Of a stretch of 64,000 nucleotides of DNA, positions 41,714 through 51,126 are shown in pieces. How positions within the stretch are numbered: the first letter of the stretch is position 1; each line of letters begins with the position of its first letter. The DNA is from a virus, in the IMG/VR virus record IMGVR_UViG_3300045988_122072, positions 64,001 through 128,000 of that record; one strand, written 5' to 3'. The notes under the pieces were generated by a model, which did no database searches, was not told where the DNA came from, and saw only the letters and a program-made list of their open reading frames with translations. The position numbers and the translations under genes were made by a program.

Positions 41714-42519
41714 ATTATCATTCAGATCAGTGGATTATGGATAGGGTTCAAGAGCACTATAATGAGGCTCTTGAATCCTTTCCGAAGGACAGAATTGTTG
41801 GCATCTTCTATCAAGGCAGTGGCAATTATGGGCTTGATTATGAAGGTTCAGATGTTGACACCAAACTGATTGTAACACCAACATTTAAGGATATTGCAAT
41901 GAATAAGAATCCCGTTAGTACAACTCATATTCGAGCCAACGACGAACATACAGACTGGAAGGACATTAGGCTCTATATTCAGACATTTAGGAAGCAGAAC
42001 TTGAATTTTCTAGAAATTCTTTTCACAACATACAAAGTCCTAAATCCTATGTATGAGGGACAGTGGAACAGACTTATTGATGCCAGAGAAGGTATTGCAC
42101 GTTACTCTCCCATTCAAGCCATTAAGTCTATGAGAGGAATCGCTAAAGAAAAGTATTTTGCAATGGAACATCATTATCCGTCTCGTATGGAGTGGATTAA
42201 CAAATTTGGATACGATCCAAAACAACTACACCATCTATTACGTGTAGAGGAGTATATTGAAAGATATATTAATGGTGAGTCCTATGAGAAATGCCTACAA
42301 TCAAAAATGCCGGAGTTTCTCAAACAGGTAAAGACTGGAGAGTCTTTTGATTGGGGCACAGCAAGAATTGTGGCGGAAAAGTCAATTGGTCATATTGACG
42401 AAATGTGTGATAAGTTCTTAAAAAGAGAATGGAGCGTTGACGAAATTATTAATGCTTTGTTAGACAGTGTACAGTATGAAATTATGAGGATTGCAATTAA
42501 GAAAGAGATTGGTGGTTAA
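41710..42519 (+). CDS. Pol-beta-superfamily nucleotidyltransferase (RlaP-like, RNA-ligase-associated)
   Basis: GSGNYGLDYEGSDVDTK matches the GS-x(n)-DxD nucleotidyltransferase signature. Sits adjacent to the RNA ligase. Confidence 0.6.
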   Translation: MNYHSDQWIMDRVQEHYNEALESFPKDRIVGIFYQGSGNYGLDYEGSDVDTKLIVTPTFKDIAMNKNPVSTTHIRANDEHTDWKDIRLYIQTFRKQNLNFLEILFTTYKVLNPMYEGQWNRLIDAREGIARYSPIQAIKSMRGIAKEKYFAMEHHYPSRMEWINKFGYDPKQLHHLLRVEEYIERYINGESYEKCLQSKMPEFLKQVKTGESFDWGTARIVAEKSIGHIDEMCDKFLKREWSVDEIINALLDSVQYEIMRIAIKKEIGG

Positions 42520-43155
42520 ATGATTAACATTCGTCAAGACTTGATTCAAAAAGAACTTGAAAGAGGCTGCACTAATAGGCTTACGTTTCGAAAATTAAAG
42601 CCTAGTAACAGATTTATTGATAAGCTTTTTAATCATTACTATGTTGTCGAACATACAGAGCATTTTTATGATTCTGAACCAGAATATGATGATGAAGAAT
42701 TCAACATGTATATGGATTACGATTATATTAACCATAGAATAGATCCTGTTTCTGGCGCTGCTCTTTTTAATACAATTCTTAATTCTGCAGAAATAGCAAA
42801 AGAACAAGAAGACTGCCGCTTTTCAGAAGGGGAACATACGATGGAAGAACTTAAGCAAGCGTATGATAAAATTACACAACAAAGAAAAGATTATGAGTCA
42901 CGCAGAATTGAGTTTAACAATTGGATAGAACCTTATTTTAAGGGTAATTGGGGTATATCTCAGAAAGATGTTAACAAAATTGGTAGAAAACATCTTGAAG
43001 GCACGAAAAAATGTGGAGTGAGTTATAACGGTAGACTTTACATTGCAGAAGATGGAGATTCAATTTTCATTTATTACTATGGCAGAGATTTTGCACTAGT
43101 AGATTATTGGTGGATTTTCGAGAGGAAAAGAAAGAGATCGGTGATGGAAAAATGA
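42520..43155 (+). CDS. hypothetical protein
   Basis: ORF track; operon context. Confidence 0.5.
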   Translation: MINIRQDLIQKELERGCTNRLTFRKLKPSNRFIDKLFNHYYVVEHTEHFYDSEPEYDDEEFNMYMDYDYINHRIDPVSGAALFNTILNSAEIAKEQEDCRFSEGEHTMEELKQAYDKITQQRKDYESRRIEFNNWIEPYFKGNWGISQKDVNKIGRKHLEGTKKCGVSYNGRLYIAEDGDSIFIYYYGRDFALVDYWWIFERKRKRSVMEK

Positions 43156-44033
43156 ATAGACCCACTTTAATACTGCTTGTCGGGCCCAGCGGCTCCGGTA
43201 AGACTACATATGCTGAGAAATATATCTCAGAGCACACCAATACGGTTCATTTAAGCTCAGATAAGATTCGCAAAGAATTATGGGGAAACGAAGCTATTCA
43301 AGGTGACAATAATGAAATATTTGGAAGAATGCAAACTAGGGCAGTTGCTGGCTTGAATTTCGGTTATGATGTCATTTATGATTGCACGAGCATGACCAGA
43401 AAGGACAGAGCCGGAATTATTGCAGCTTGTCCTAAGTTTGCTAAGATTGAAGCACACATTATTTGGGCACCAATTGAAACTTGCATTGAGCGTGATGCCG
43501 CAAGAAAGCGTACAGTTGGTAAAGAAGTTATTGACAGAATGTTGAAGCGGTTTCAGGCTCCTTATTATGATGAGGGTATTAATGAAATTAAGGTGATTTT
43601 GCCAGACAATTTCAATCAGCAAAAGTACATAGATGATTCTATGAATGCAATGAAAATCCCGCATGACAATCCACATCATACCTTAGACATTTACAATCAT
43701 TGTGAGTCGGCATATAAGCATGCTGTAAGTAACGATATGTGTGATAATACTCTTGCGCTTGCGGCATCATTGCACGATATTGGTAAGCCATACGTCAAAG
43801 CATTTGTCAATGCAAAAGGTGAACCAAGTGATATCGCGCACTACTATCAACATCAATGTATTGGAGCTTGGATGGCGTATGGCCTTGTTGTAAATGAAAT
43901 CAACATGGATGTTGCTTGGCTTGTCAGCACACATATGGCGCCATTTTTAAACGAGAAATATTATAAAAATCTACCAACATATCTAAAGATAATGGTAGAT
44001 CAGCTACATGAGTGTGATATTCTGGCACATTAA
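43152..44033 (+). CDS. P-loop kinase fused to HD phosphohydrolase (polynucleotide kinase/phosphatase-like)
   Basis: Walker A LVGPSGSGKTT at the N-terminus; HD motif AASLHDIGKP in the C-terminal half. ATGA overlap with the upstream gene. Confidence 0.65.
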   Translation: MNRPTLILLVGPSGSGKTTYAEKYISEHTNTVHLSSDKIRKELWGNEAIQGDNNEIFGRMQTRAVAGLNFGYDVIYDCTSMTRKDRAGIIAACPKFAKIEAHIIWAPIETCIERDAARKRTVGKEVIDRMLKRFQAPYYDEGINEIKVILPDNFNQQKYIDDSMNAMKIPHDNPHHTLDIYNHCESAYKHAVSNDMCDNTLALAASLHDIGKPYVKAFVNAKGEPSDIAHYYQHQCIGAWMAYGLVVNEINMDVAWLVSTHMAPFLNEKYYKNLPTYLKIMVDQLHECDILAH

Positions 44034-44039
44034 CCAATT

Positions 44040-44066
44040 GGTACGGCATTTTCGCCGTACCTTTTG
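44040..44066 (+). terminator. rho-independent terminator
   Basis: GGTACGGC-ATTTTC-GCCGTACC followed by TTTT. Confidence 0.8.
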
Positions 44067-44080
44067 TGCATATTGACAAC

Positions 44081-44108
44081 TTGACAAATAGTAAATTCGT
44101 GTTATAAT
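44081..44108 (+). promoter_or_regulatory. sigma-A-type promoter
   Basis: TTGACA, 16-nt spacer, TATAAT. Confidence 0.65.
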
Positions 44109-44125
44109 AATGGCAGAAACAAGAA

Positions 44126-44140
44126 CAATACAAAATTAAA
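44126..44140 (+). promoter_or_regulatory. leader motif copy (CAATACAAAATTAAA)
   Basis: 18 nt after the -10 box; abuts RBS GGAGG. Confidence 0.6.
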
Positions 44141-44153
44141 GGAGGATAAATAT

Positions 44154-44735
44154 ATGAGAACTATTCGAAGAGGGGTATTTGAATCGAACTCGTCCAGCAC
44201 ACACAGCATTGCAATTAGTAAAGAAAAGGTTCCAAATGTAGCTGGTAGACATGTTTATTTCGGAGCTGGTGAATACGGTTGGGGACAAGATTGCGTAGGA
44301 GATACCGCATCATATTTGCATACGGCAATTGTTGATTCTTCTACTCCCGCACAATATGAGGAAAGAATCAATAAAATTAAAGAAATTCTTGACAGGTATG
44401 GCGTGCAATATGAATTCGAGCCAGTTGAATATAAGAAGTCTGAGTACAATCCTGATTATGAGTATATTGAGTTCGCATCTCCTCGTTATCGATGGGCAAA
44501 CGTTGACCATGCCGGTGAATGTGCAGAACTAATTAATGCACTGCTTTCGAACGAAGACCTTCTAATTAGATATCTTTTTGGCGATAGCTGCATTTACACC
44601 GGGAATGATAATTCTGATGATGAAGACAGCATGCGCTATTGCGCAGAGGCAACTATTTGGGATGATAATTATGGAACCATTCCAAACCCAAATCACGACG
44701 CAGAACATTATGATTACTTTTTTAAGGGGAATTAA
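44154..44735 (+). CDS. hypothetical protein, N-terminal FESNSSSTHS motif (paralog of next gene)
   Basis: MRTIRRGVFESNSSSTHSIAI against MRQIRKNVFETNSSSTHSLTM in the next ORF. Confidence 0.5.
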   Translation: MRTIRRGVFESNSSSTHSIAISKEKVPNVAGRHVYFGAGEYGWGQDCVGDTASYLHTAIVDSSTPAQYEERINKIKEILDRYGVQYEFEPVEYKKSEYNPDYEYIEFASPRYRWANVDHAGECAELINALLSNEDLLIRYLFGDSCIYTGNDNSDDEDSMRYCAEATIWDDNYGTIPNPNHDAEHYDYFFKGN

Positions 44736-44737
44736 TT

Positions 44738-45148
44738 ATGAGACAGATTAGAAAGAATGTATTTGAAACAAACAGTTCTTCTACTCATTCACTAACAATG
44801 TGTACAAAAGAAGAATATGATAACTGGAAAAACGGAAAACTTCTATTTGATAGTTACTATAAAAAGTTTGTATCTTCACTAGAATTAACAAAAGCAGATT
44901 TTGAGAAAGCTGAAAATAATTATGAATCTCATAAACAGAAATATCAGAAGAATTGGAATCAGCTAACTAAAGAAGAGCAAGAAAAATATACGCTTGGGTA
45001 TATTAAAGAGAATAAGTCAATGGATGAAATTGTAACATATTCAGAGTGGCTAGACAGAAATGATTATCTAGACAAATTCTATAAAGAATATACTACTAAA
45101 AATAACGAAAAAATTGTAGCTTTCGGCGCTTATGGATATGATGGTTAA
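44738..45148 (+). CDS. hypothetical protein, N-terminal FETNSSSTHS motif (paralog of previous gene)
   Basis: Shares the roughly 20-aa N-terminus with 44154..44735; RBS AAGGGGA. Confidence 0.5.
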   Translation: MRQIRKNVFETNSSSTHSLTMCTKEEYDNWKNGKLLFDSYYKKFVSSLELTKADFEKAENNYESHKQKYQKNWNQLTKEEQEKYTLGYIKENKSMDEIVTYSEWLDRNDYLDKFYKEYTTKNNEKIVAFGAYGYDG

Positions 45149-45158
45149 GGAGGAAAAT

Positions 45159-46058
45159 ATGAATCTTATTGGCAAGTATCAGAATGGGAATTATATCGTA
45201 AGTTTGTACGATGACGGAACTAAGATTCGTGAGAATGATTTGGATAATCTGACTCCTGCTTTTGCAGAGAACTGTGATGTTAAAATTACAGATAAGTGTG
45301 ATGGAGGCTGTGCCTTCTGCTATGAAGGCTGCACACCTAATGGCAAGCATGGTGATATTCTAAAACCTAAATTCCTAGATACCCTTCATCCATATACTGA
45401 GCTGGCTATCAATGGCAACGATCTTTCTCATCCAGATTTGGTTCCTTTCATGTACAAGATGAAAGATAAGAATATCATTCTCAATATGACAGTGAATCAG
45501 ATTCATTTTGAAAGATACTTTGATACAATTAAAGACTGGATTGACAAAAAGCTAATTTATGGACTTGGAATCTCTCTGCGTAAGCCGACATATGAATTCA
45601 TTGATATGGTTAAGCAGATTCCAAACGCTGTTATTCATGTAATTAATGGCATTGTTTCTATGCCAGATCTTGATACTCTTGCTGGAAATGGACTCAAAAT
45701 TCTTATTCTTGGATATAAGAATCTAAGACGTGGTGAAAGTTATTATGAGAGTCACAATGAAAGTGTACTTGGATTACAGGAAGATTTAAACCGCTACCTC
45801 TTCCCTGAAATTATCGGGCACAGTTGGTTTGATGTTGTGAGTTTTGATAATCTAGCAATCGAACAGCTTCATGTTAAAGAATATATGTCCAAGGAAGAAT
45901 GGAATAGTTTCTTTATGGGCGAAGATGGCGATTATACTTTCTATATTGATATGGTCGAAGGAATGTTTGCAAAAGATTCCTTGTCTATGGAACGTTATCC
46001 TCTTATGGATAATATTGATGACATGTTTAACTTTTTGAGAAATAAGAAGGAGAAGTAA
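45159..46058 (+). CDS. radical-SAM-like protein
   Basis: CxxxCxxC cluster in ITDKCDGGCAFCYEG; ATG 45159 behind RBS TAAGGAGG. Confidence 0.5.
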   Translation: MNLIGKYQNGNYIVSLYDDGTKIRENDLDNLTPAFAENCDVKITDKCDGGCAFCYEGCTPNGKHGDILKPKFLDTLHPYTELAINGNDLSHPDLVPFMYKMKDKNIILNMTVNQIHFERYFDTIKDWIDKKLIYGLGISLRKPTYEFIDMVKQIPNAVIHVINGIVSMPDLDTLAGNGLKILILGYKNLRRGESYYESHNESVLGLQEDLNRYLFPEIIGHSWFDVVSFDNLAIEQLHVKEYMSKEEWNSFFMGEDGDYTFYIDMVEGMFAKDSLSMERYPLMDNIDDMFNFLRNKKEK

Positions 46059-46060
46059 TT

Positions 46061-46894
46061 ATGGATAAGACATCTCTTGGTGATAGAATGAAAAACAACT
46101 ATGAAAATGTTAATAGATTTTATTTAACAAGAAGAATACCAGTTATTATTAGAATGGATATGAAGGCCGGTCATACTTTTACTAGAGGAATGAAGAAGCC
46201 GTTTGATGATATTTTCGTAAAGACAATGCAAGAGACTATGAAGTATCTCTGTGAGAACATTCAGGGTTGTGTTCTTGGTTATACTCAGAGTGACGAAATT
46301 TCTCTTGTACTGACAGACTATGCAGAGTTGACAACAGATGCATGGTTTGGAAACAATCTACAGAAGATGTGTAGCGTATCTGCGAGTATGGCAACATTGG
46401 CATTTAATAAAGCATTTAACGACAATATTGTAAGGTATATTGACAGTCATTTTGATACCGATTGTGATGTTACGAGGGATTTAGCTGAATATACAAAAAT
46501 TCTCATTAATGCAAGAAACAAAGGAGCAATGTTCGATTCTCGTGTCTTTACAATTCCTAAAGAGGAAGTTTGTAACTATATACTGTGGAGACAGCAGGAC
46601 GCCACTCGCAATTCTATCCAGTCTGTAGGTCAAGCAAACTTTAGCGATAAAGAATTGTATAAGAAGTCTACTAAAGACATTCAAGACATGCTTATGACTC
46701 AAAAAGGTATCAACTGGAATGACTATGCAACGACTCTAAAGCGTGGTAGCTGTTGTATTAAAGTCGATGATAGTCTTACTGAGTATGACGAAGTGGGAAA
46801 TATTCGTGGTTATACTCAAAGAAGTAAGTGGGTAATCGATAATAAAATTCCTATCTTTACTCAGGACAGAAACTATGTTGAAAAGCTAATTTGA
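46061..46894 (+). CDS. Thg1-like protein (tRNA-His guanylyltransferase family 3'-5' polymerase)
   Basis: RMDMKAGHTFTRGMKKPFD and GYTQSDEISLVL match Thg1/TLP signature regions. Confidence 0.75.
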   Translation: MDKTSLGDRMKNNYENVNRFYLTRRIPVIIRMDMKAGHTFTRGMKKPFDDIFVKTMQETMKYLCENIQGCVLGYTQSDEISLVLTDYAELTTDAWFGNNLQKMCSVSASMATLAFNKAFNDNIVRYIDSHFDTDCDVTRDLAEYTKILINARNKGAMFDSRVFTIPKEEVCNYILWRQQDATRNSIQSVGQANFSDKELYKKSTKDIQDMLMTQKGINWNDYATTLKRGSCCIKVDDSLTEYDEVGNIRGYTQRSKWVIDNKIPIFTQDRNYVEKLI

Positions 46895-46903
46895 GGTAAG
46901 GTT

Positions 46904-47179
46904 ATGACTACTATTTATAAGTGTGACACCTGTGGACGAGAATTTAAGAACTTGAAAGAATGCGAGATGTGTGAAGCGTCCCACATGACTCCAATAGATC
47001 GCATTAAGTATATGATTCTGCTAGATAATCGAAAGATGGTTTGCGATTATTGCGATAAGAGTTATTATGTATATGGCTGCGAAGTGGATTGTGACTTTAA
47101 AGAATGCGGGTATGCAAACATGTATAGGGACTTTGTTCCGACGAAGCCTTTGCATGATAAGAGTATAAGCGGAGTATAA
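46904..47179 (+). CDS. zinc-ribbon protein
   Basis: CDTCG...CEMCE...CDYCD. Confidence 0.5.
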   Translation: MTTIYKCDTCGREFKNLKECEMCEASHMTPIDRIKYMILLDNRKMVCDYCDKSYYVYGCEVDCDFKECGYANMYRDFVPTKPLHDKSISGV

Positions 47180-47194
47180 AAGGAGTTTATATAT

Positions 47195-47566
47195 ATGAAC
47201 AAAACTGAAATTTTAAATGGTAAAATTACTAGTACTAAACTTGGCGAAGAGCATGGCTGTCTAACTGCAGATCTACTTGTCGAAGGAGAAGGATGGGGTT
47301 GTGCATTTGGTGGCTATTGCCTCGACCATTGGTTCGCAGAAACTGGAGAGCACCATTCCTCTGATGGCTATGGTGCAATTATTGAGCTTATGAAGACGCT
47401 TGAAGTGGGATCATGGGAAGCGCTTAAGGGCAAATATGTACGTGTTGAAATCGAGGGATGGGGTGGAAAAATTCTTAGAATTGGGCATCTTATGAAAGAC
47501 AAATGGTTTAGCTTTAAGGATTATTTTGAACAGGTAAAGAAGATGCAAGAGGTTAAGGAGGGCTAA
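47195..47566 (+). CDS. hypothetical protein
   Basis: ORF track; RBS AAAGGAG. Confidence 0.5.
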   Translation: MNKTEILNGKITSTKLGEEHGCLTADLLVEGEGWGCAFGGYCLDHWFAETGEHHSSDGYGAIIELMKTLEVGSWEALKGKYVRVEIEGWGGKILRIGHLMKDKWFSFKDYFEQVKKMQEVKEG

Positions 47567-47568
47567 AT

Positions 47569-47889
47569 ATGATTAGCAAGGAAACATTTGTGAATACTAT
47601 GAACAAGCTGCGGGATCTTGATAGGAAAATGGACGCAGTAGATAAAGCGTTTAAGGCATTAGACTCAGACTTCTGTAGTTTTTATGTTACGGGTATTTTT
47701 GATACAACATTTGATCTTCTTAAAGAAGCAATGAATGACAAGGACAACTGGATTGAATATTTTGTCTATGAAAGAGATTGGCTTAGAGATTTTAAACTTG
47801 GTGACGTCGAAGTAAATGGTGAGCCAGTGAAGATTTATTCGTGGGGAGATGTCTATGATTTTATCGTAACGGAGGATAAGCATGTTTAA
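47569..47889 (+). CDS. hypothetical protein
   Basis: ORF track; RBS TAAGGAGGG. Confidence 0.5.
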   Translation: MISKETFVNTMNKLRDLDRKMDAVDKAFKALDSDFCSFYVTGIFDTTFDLLKEAMNDKDNWIEYFVYERDWLRDFKLGDVEVNGEPVKIYSWGDVYDFIVTEDKHV

Positions 47890-48373
47890 GAAATTGTGCT
47901 GGGAAATTTTATTCAGATATAAGAATGCACGACAAAAGAGATTAATTCGAGTATACAAGAAAAAGTATCCAGATTATATCGATGATGAATACAATTGTGG
48001 TAATTTGAAATTTATCTGGGGCATTAAATCTTATGATGACATGTCTTCATCTGACGCAAACATGTGGACAATGAATGATATTGATATTTATTACGATAGA
48101 GATACTAAACAATATAGTTTAGGGGTTGAAACCATATATATGTTTGACGATACACAAGCTGAATGCGCATATTATAATAGCTTACTAGAATCGTTCACTA
48201 AATATATGAAGGAAAATGGACTGGACACAGAACGAAATTATTGCACGTTTTGTTCTGGCCTAGATCTAAGTCTTAAGGCTGATTCTATTGAGGAGCTTTA
48301 TGCCAGATTTAAAATTGCCGTAACTGGATTGTGTGCGGTGTGCGAGGAGAGAGGTAATTATGAATATCATTAA
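47882..48373 (+). CDS. hypothetical protein
   Basis: ORF track; RBS GGAGGA. Confidence 0.5.
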   Translation: MFKKLCWEILFRYKNARQKRLIRVYKKKYPDYIDDEYNCGNLKFIWGIKSYDDMSSSDANMWTMNDIDIYYDRDTKQYSLGVETIYMFDDTQAECAYYNSLLESFTKYMKENGLDTERNYCTFCSGLDLSLKADSIEELYARFKIAVTGLCAVCEERGNYEYH

Positions 48374-48836
48374 CAATTACTCCACAACCATTGTGTCTAT
48401 TTTTCAAGATGTTATTAATAATTACGAAAGAAACCTTGAGATTATCAAACAAGCAGAAGAAGAACTTATGGATCTAGAACATGAAATTGAATTGTCCGCC
48501 CCAAAAGATATGTATAAAGGATACTTGGCATATAAAGAAGTTAGAGATGTACGTATTAAAAGGCGCAAAGCCAAAGAAGAAAATGAATTACTTAAAGATA
48601 TGTATGATTATCTCAAAAGTCAGCAAGGACAGTCATTCAAGAATAAGATCCAATCCATTCAGGGTGCGTCAGTAAAACTACGGGATGCACAAGAACATAG
48701 AACCTATATTCCAAGACAGAGAAGTGATTTGACGATTACTAATCATACAAGCGTTGCGCACAAGCCATTTGAGGAAATGTTAAGTGATTTTAATAAGATT
48801 AAGGTGAGCACTCAGAATGGTAAGTTAAGAAAATAA
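48360..48836 (+). CDS. hypothetical coiled-coil protein
   Basis: ATG 48360 behind RBS GAGAGG. Confidence 0.5.
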   Translation: MNIINNYSTTIVSIFQDVINNYERNLEIIKQAEEELMDLEHEIELSAPKDMYKGYLAYKEVRDVRIKRRKAKEENELLKDMYDYLKSQQGQSFKNKIQSIQGASVKLRDAQEHRTYIPRQRSDLTITNHTSVAHKPFEEMLSDFNKIKVSTQNGKLRK

Positions 48837-48849
48837 GTGGTGGAGAGGA

Positions 48850-49041
48850 ATGGGTATTTATTATTTTACAAGACCAGATCAGATGGCTGGGCATAAATTT
48901 ACTGATGATGTTGCAGTCGTATGGGCAATGAGTAAGAAATCTGCAATCAAGAAGTTCTCTGTGCTATATGCAGATGTGCAGGAGAATGAAGTCGATAAGG
49001 TTGGTTTCTGGACTCGTGCCAGAGTTTTAACAGATTATTAA
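48850..49041 (+). CDS. hypothetical small protein
   Basis: ORF track; RBS GGAGAGG. Confidence 0.45.
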   Translation: MGIYYFTRPDQMAGHKFTDDVAVVWAMSKKSAIKKFSVLYADVQENEVDKVGFWTRARVLTDY

Positions 49042-49053
49042 CGGAGTGATTTA

Positions 49054-50958
49054 ATGAATAAGATTGATAGAGTTCGAGAATTAACAGAATTGCTTAATAA
49101 GGCAGCGGACGCATATTACAATACCGGCGATACAATTATGGAGGATCATGAGTTTGATACACTCCTAGAAGAGCTTTGTTCTTTAGAGCAAGAAACTGGA
49201 TTTGTTATGGCAACTTCGCCTACGCATAAAGTTGGATACGAAGTAAAATCAGAACTACAGAAGGTAACACATAATCATCCTATGTTGTCTTTGGCAAAGA
49301 CTAAAGATTGGAATGAGTTCATTATGCATTTTGGGAGCAAAGATGTCATAGGAATGTTAAAGATGGATGGATTAACTTGCAGCTTAAGATATATTGACGG
49401 TGAGCTAGTATCAGCAGAAACTCGTGGCAACGGAGAAATTGGTGAAGACATTTTTCACAACATCAAAACCGTAAAGACAGTTCCACAGAAGATTCCATAT
49501 AAGGATGAACTCATTGTTGATGGTGAGATTATTTGTACATATGAAGACTTTGAGCCATTCTCTACTGAATATAAAAATCCAAGAAACTTTGCTTCAGGAA
49601 GTATTAGACTGCTTGATTCAAACGAGTGTGCAAAAAGACCTCTAACTTTTGTGGCTTGGAATGTAATCAAGGGCTTTGATAATGAAAATAGCTTCTTGCG
49701 TAAGCTAGTACTTATTGACGAGTTAGGTTTTACTGTTGTTCCGTGGACTAGTTCTTTTGATTGGGATGCGAAGGAATTTTTGGTCAATAAGGCTAAGAAG
49801 CTTGGATACCCAATTGATGGTTTGGTTGGACGCTTTGGTGATATTAAGTATGGGGAGAGCCTTGGAGCAACATCACATCATAGTAATGCAGCTTACGCAT
49901 TTAAGTTCGGTGATGAAACTTATGAAACGGTACTAAGAGATGTTGAGTGGAATACGACAAGAACCGGAATTATTGCTCCAGTAGCTGTTTTCGATGAGGT
50001 TGACCTAGACGGAGCCTTGACTACAAGAGCTACACTTCACAACCTTTCCATTATTGAGCAACTTGAGCTTGGTATTGGAGATACTATTACGGTGTACCGT
50101 AGCAATATGGTAATTCCAAAAATTGATGACAACCTAACCCGTAGCAATACATTAAAGATCCCTACTACCTGCCCATGTTGTGCCTATCCTACAGAGGTCA
50201 AGTATACAGACAATAGTAAGGTGCTAATGTGTACTAATCCAGATTGTCCAGCAAGAAACCTTGCTAAATTTGAGCACTTTGTTTCTAAAAAAGCAATGGA
50301 TATACAAGGACTTAGCTCCGCAACTCTAGAGACGTTAATTTCGCATGGTTTTATACACAAGTACAAAGATATCTACCATCTAAGCGACCACAGGAGTGAA
50401 CTTATTAGGCTTGATGGATACGGCGCAAAGTCTATTGATAATCTATTGGAATCCATTGAAAAATCAAGGAACGTGAAGCTAGAAAACTTTATTACAGCAT
50501 TATCAATTCCTAATATTGGGTTGTCTGCGGCAAAGGCTATCAGTAAGAAATTTAATGGTGATCATTATGAATTTATACAGGCGTTGTCCAGCGATTATGA
50601 CTTTAGTCAGATTGATGATTTCGGAGAGATTACGAATAAATCATTGCACGATTGGTGGAAGAGTAAAGATCCAATGGCAGAGCTATTGCCTATGGAAATG
50701 AATTTTATTGTTGAGGAGAAGAGTGCCGATAATTCGTTAAGCGGGCTTAAATTCTGTATAACTGGAACTTTTAGTCAATCACGAGACGAGCTTAAAGCAA
50801 TACTTGAATCTAAAGGAGCAAAGTTTATTAGTTCTGTAAGTAAAAATCTCGATGTGCTTTTTGTTGGAGATAAAGCTGGTAGCAAACTTGCTAAAGCACA
50901 ACAACTTGGAATTAAAATTGCAGACGAAAACGAACTAATGAAGATATTGGGCGATTAA
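49054..50958 (+). CDS. ligA: NAD-dependent DNA ligase
   Basis: N-terminal AADAYYNTGDTIMEDHEFD (Ia domain), KxDG site LKMDGLT, Cys4 finger CPCC...CTNPDC, C-terminal BRCT-like region. Confidence 0.9.
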   Translation: MNKIDRVRELTELLNKAADAYYNTGDTIMEDHEFDTLLEELCSLEQETGFVMATSPTHKVGYEVKSELQKVTHNHPMLSLAKTKDWNEFIMHFGSKDVIGMLKMDGLTCSLRYIDGELVSAETRGNGEIGEDIFHNIKTVKTVPQKIPYKDELIVDGEIICTYEDFEPFSTEYKNPRNFASGSIRLLDSNECAKRPLTFVAWNVIKGFDNENSFLRKLVLIDELGFTVVPWTSSFDWDAKEFLVNKAKKLGYPIDGLVGRFGDIKYGESLGATSHHSNAAYAFKFGDETYETVLRDVEWNTTRTGIIAPVAVFDEVDLDGALTTRATLHNLSIIEQLELGIGDTITVYRSNMVIPKIDDNLTRSNTLKIPTTCPCCAYPTEVKYTDNSKVLMCTNPDCPARNLAKFEHFVSKKAMDIQGLSSATLETLISHGFIHKYKDIYHLSDHRSELIRLDGYGAKSIDNLLESIEKSRNVKLENFITALSIPNIGLSAAKAISKKFNGDHYEFIQALSSDYDFSQIDDFGEITNKSLHDWWKSKDPMAELLPMEMNFIVEEKSADNSLSGLKFCITGTFSQSRDELKAILESKGAKFISSVSKNLDVLFVGDKAGSKLAKAQQLGIKIADENELMKILGD

Positions 50959-50996
50959 ATTTTGGGTAGCAGTATAAAAAATTGTATTGTCACCTC

Positions 50997-51025
50997 TTGA
51001 CAAATAAGAAAAAATGTGCTATACT
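50997..51025 (+). promoter_or_regulatory. sigma-A-type promoter (cctcTTGACAAAT class) upstream of tnpB
   Basis: TTGACA, 17-nt spacer, TATACT. Confidence 0.6.
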
Positions 51026-51043
51026 AATAACACTTAAAAAATA

Positions 51044-51058
51044 CAATACAAAATTAAA
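51044..51058 (+). promoter_or_regulatory. leader motif copy (CAATACAAAATTAAA)
   Basis: Lies between the 50997 promoter and tnpB. Confidence 0.6.
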
Positions 51059-51126
51059 GAATAAAATATCATACGAATCATACGAAACGGTAAGAAGCAA
51101 AATTTTCAGAAAGGAGGTAATAGTTG

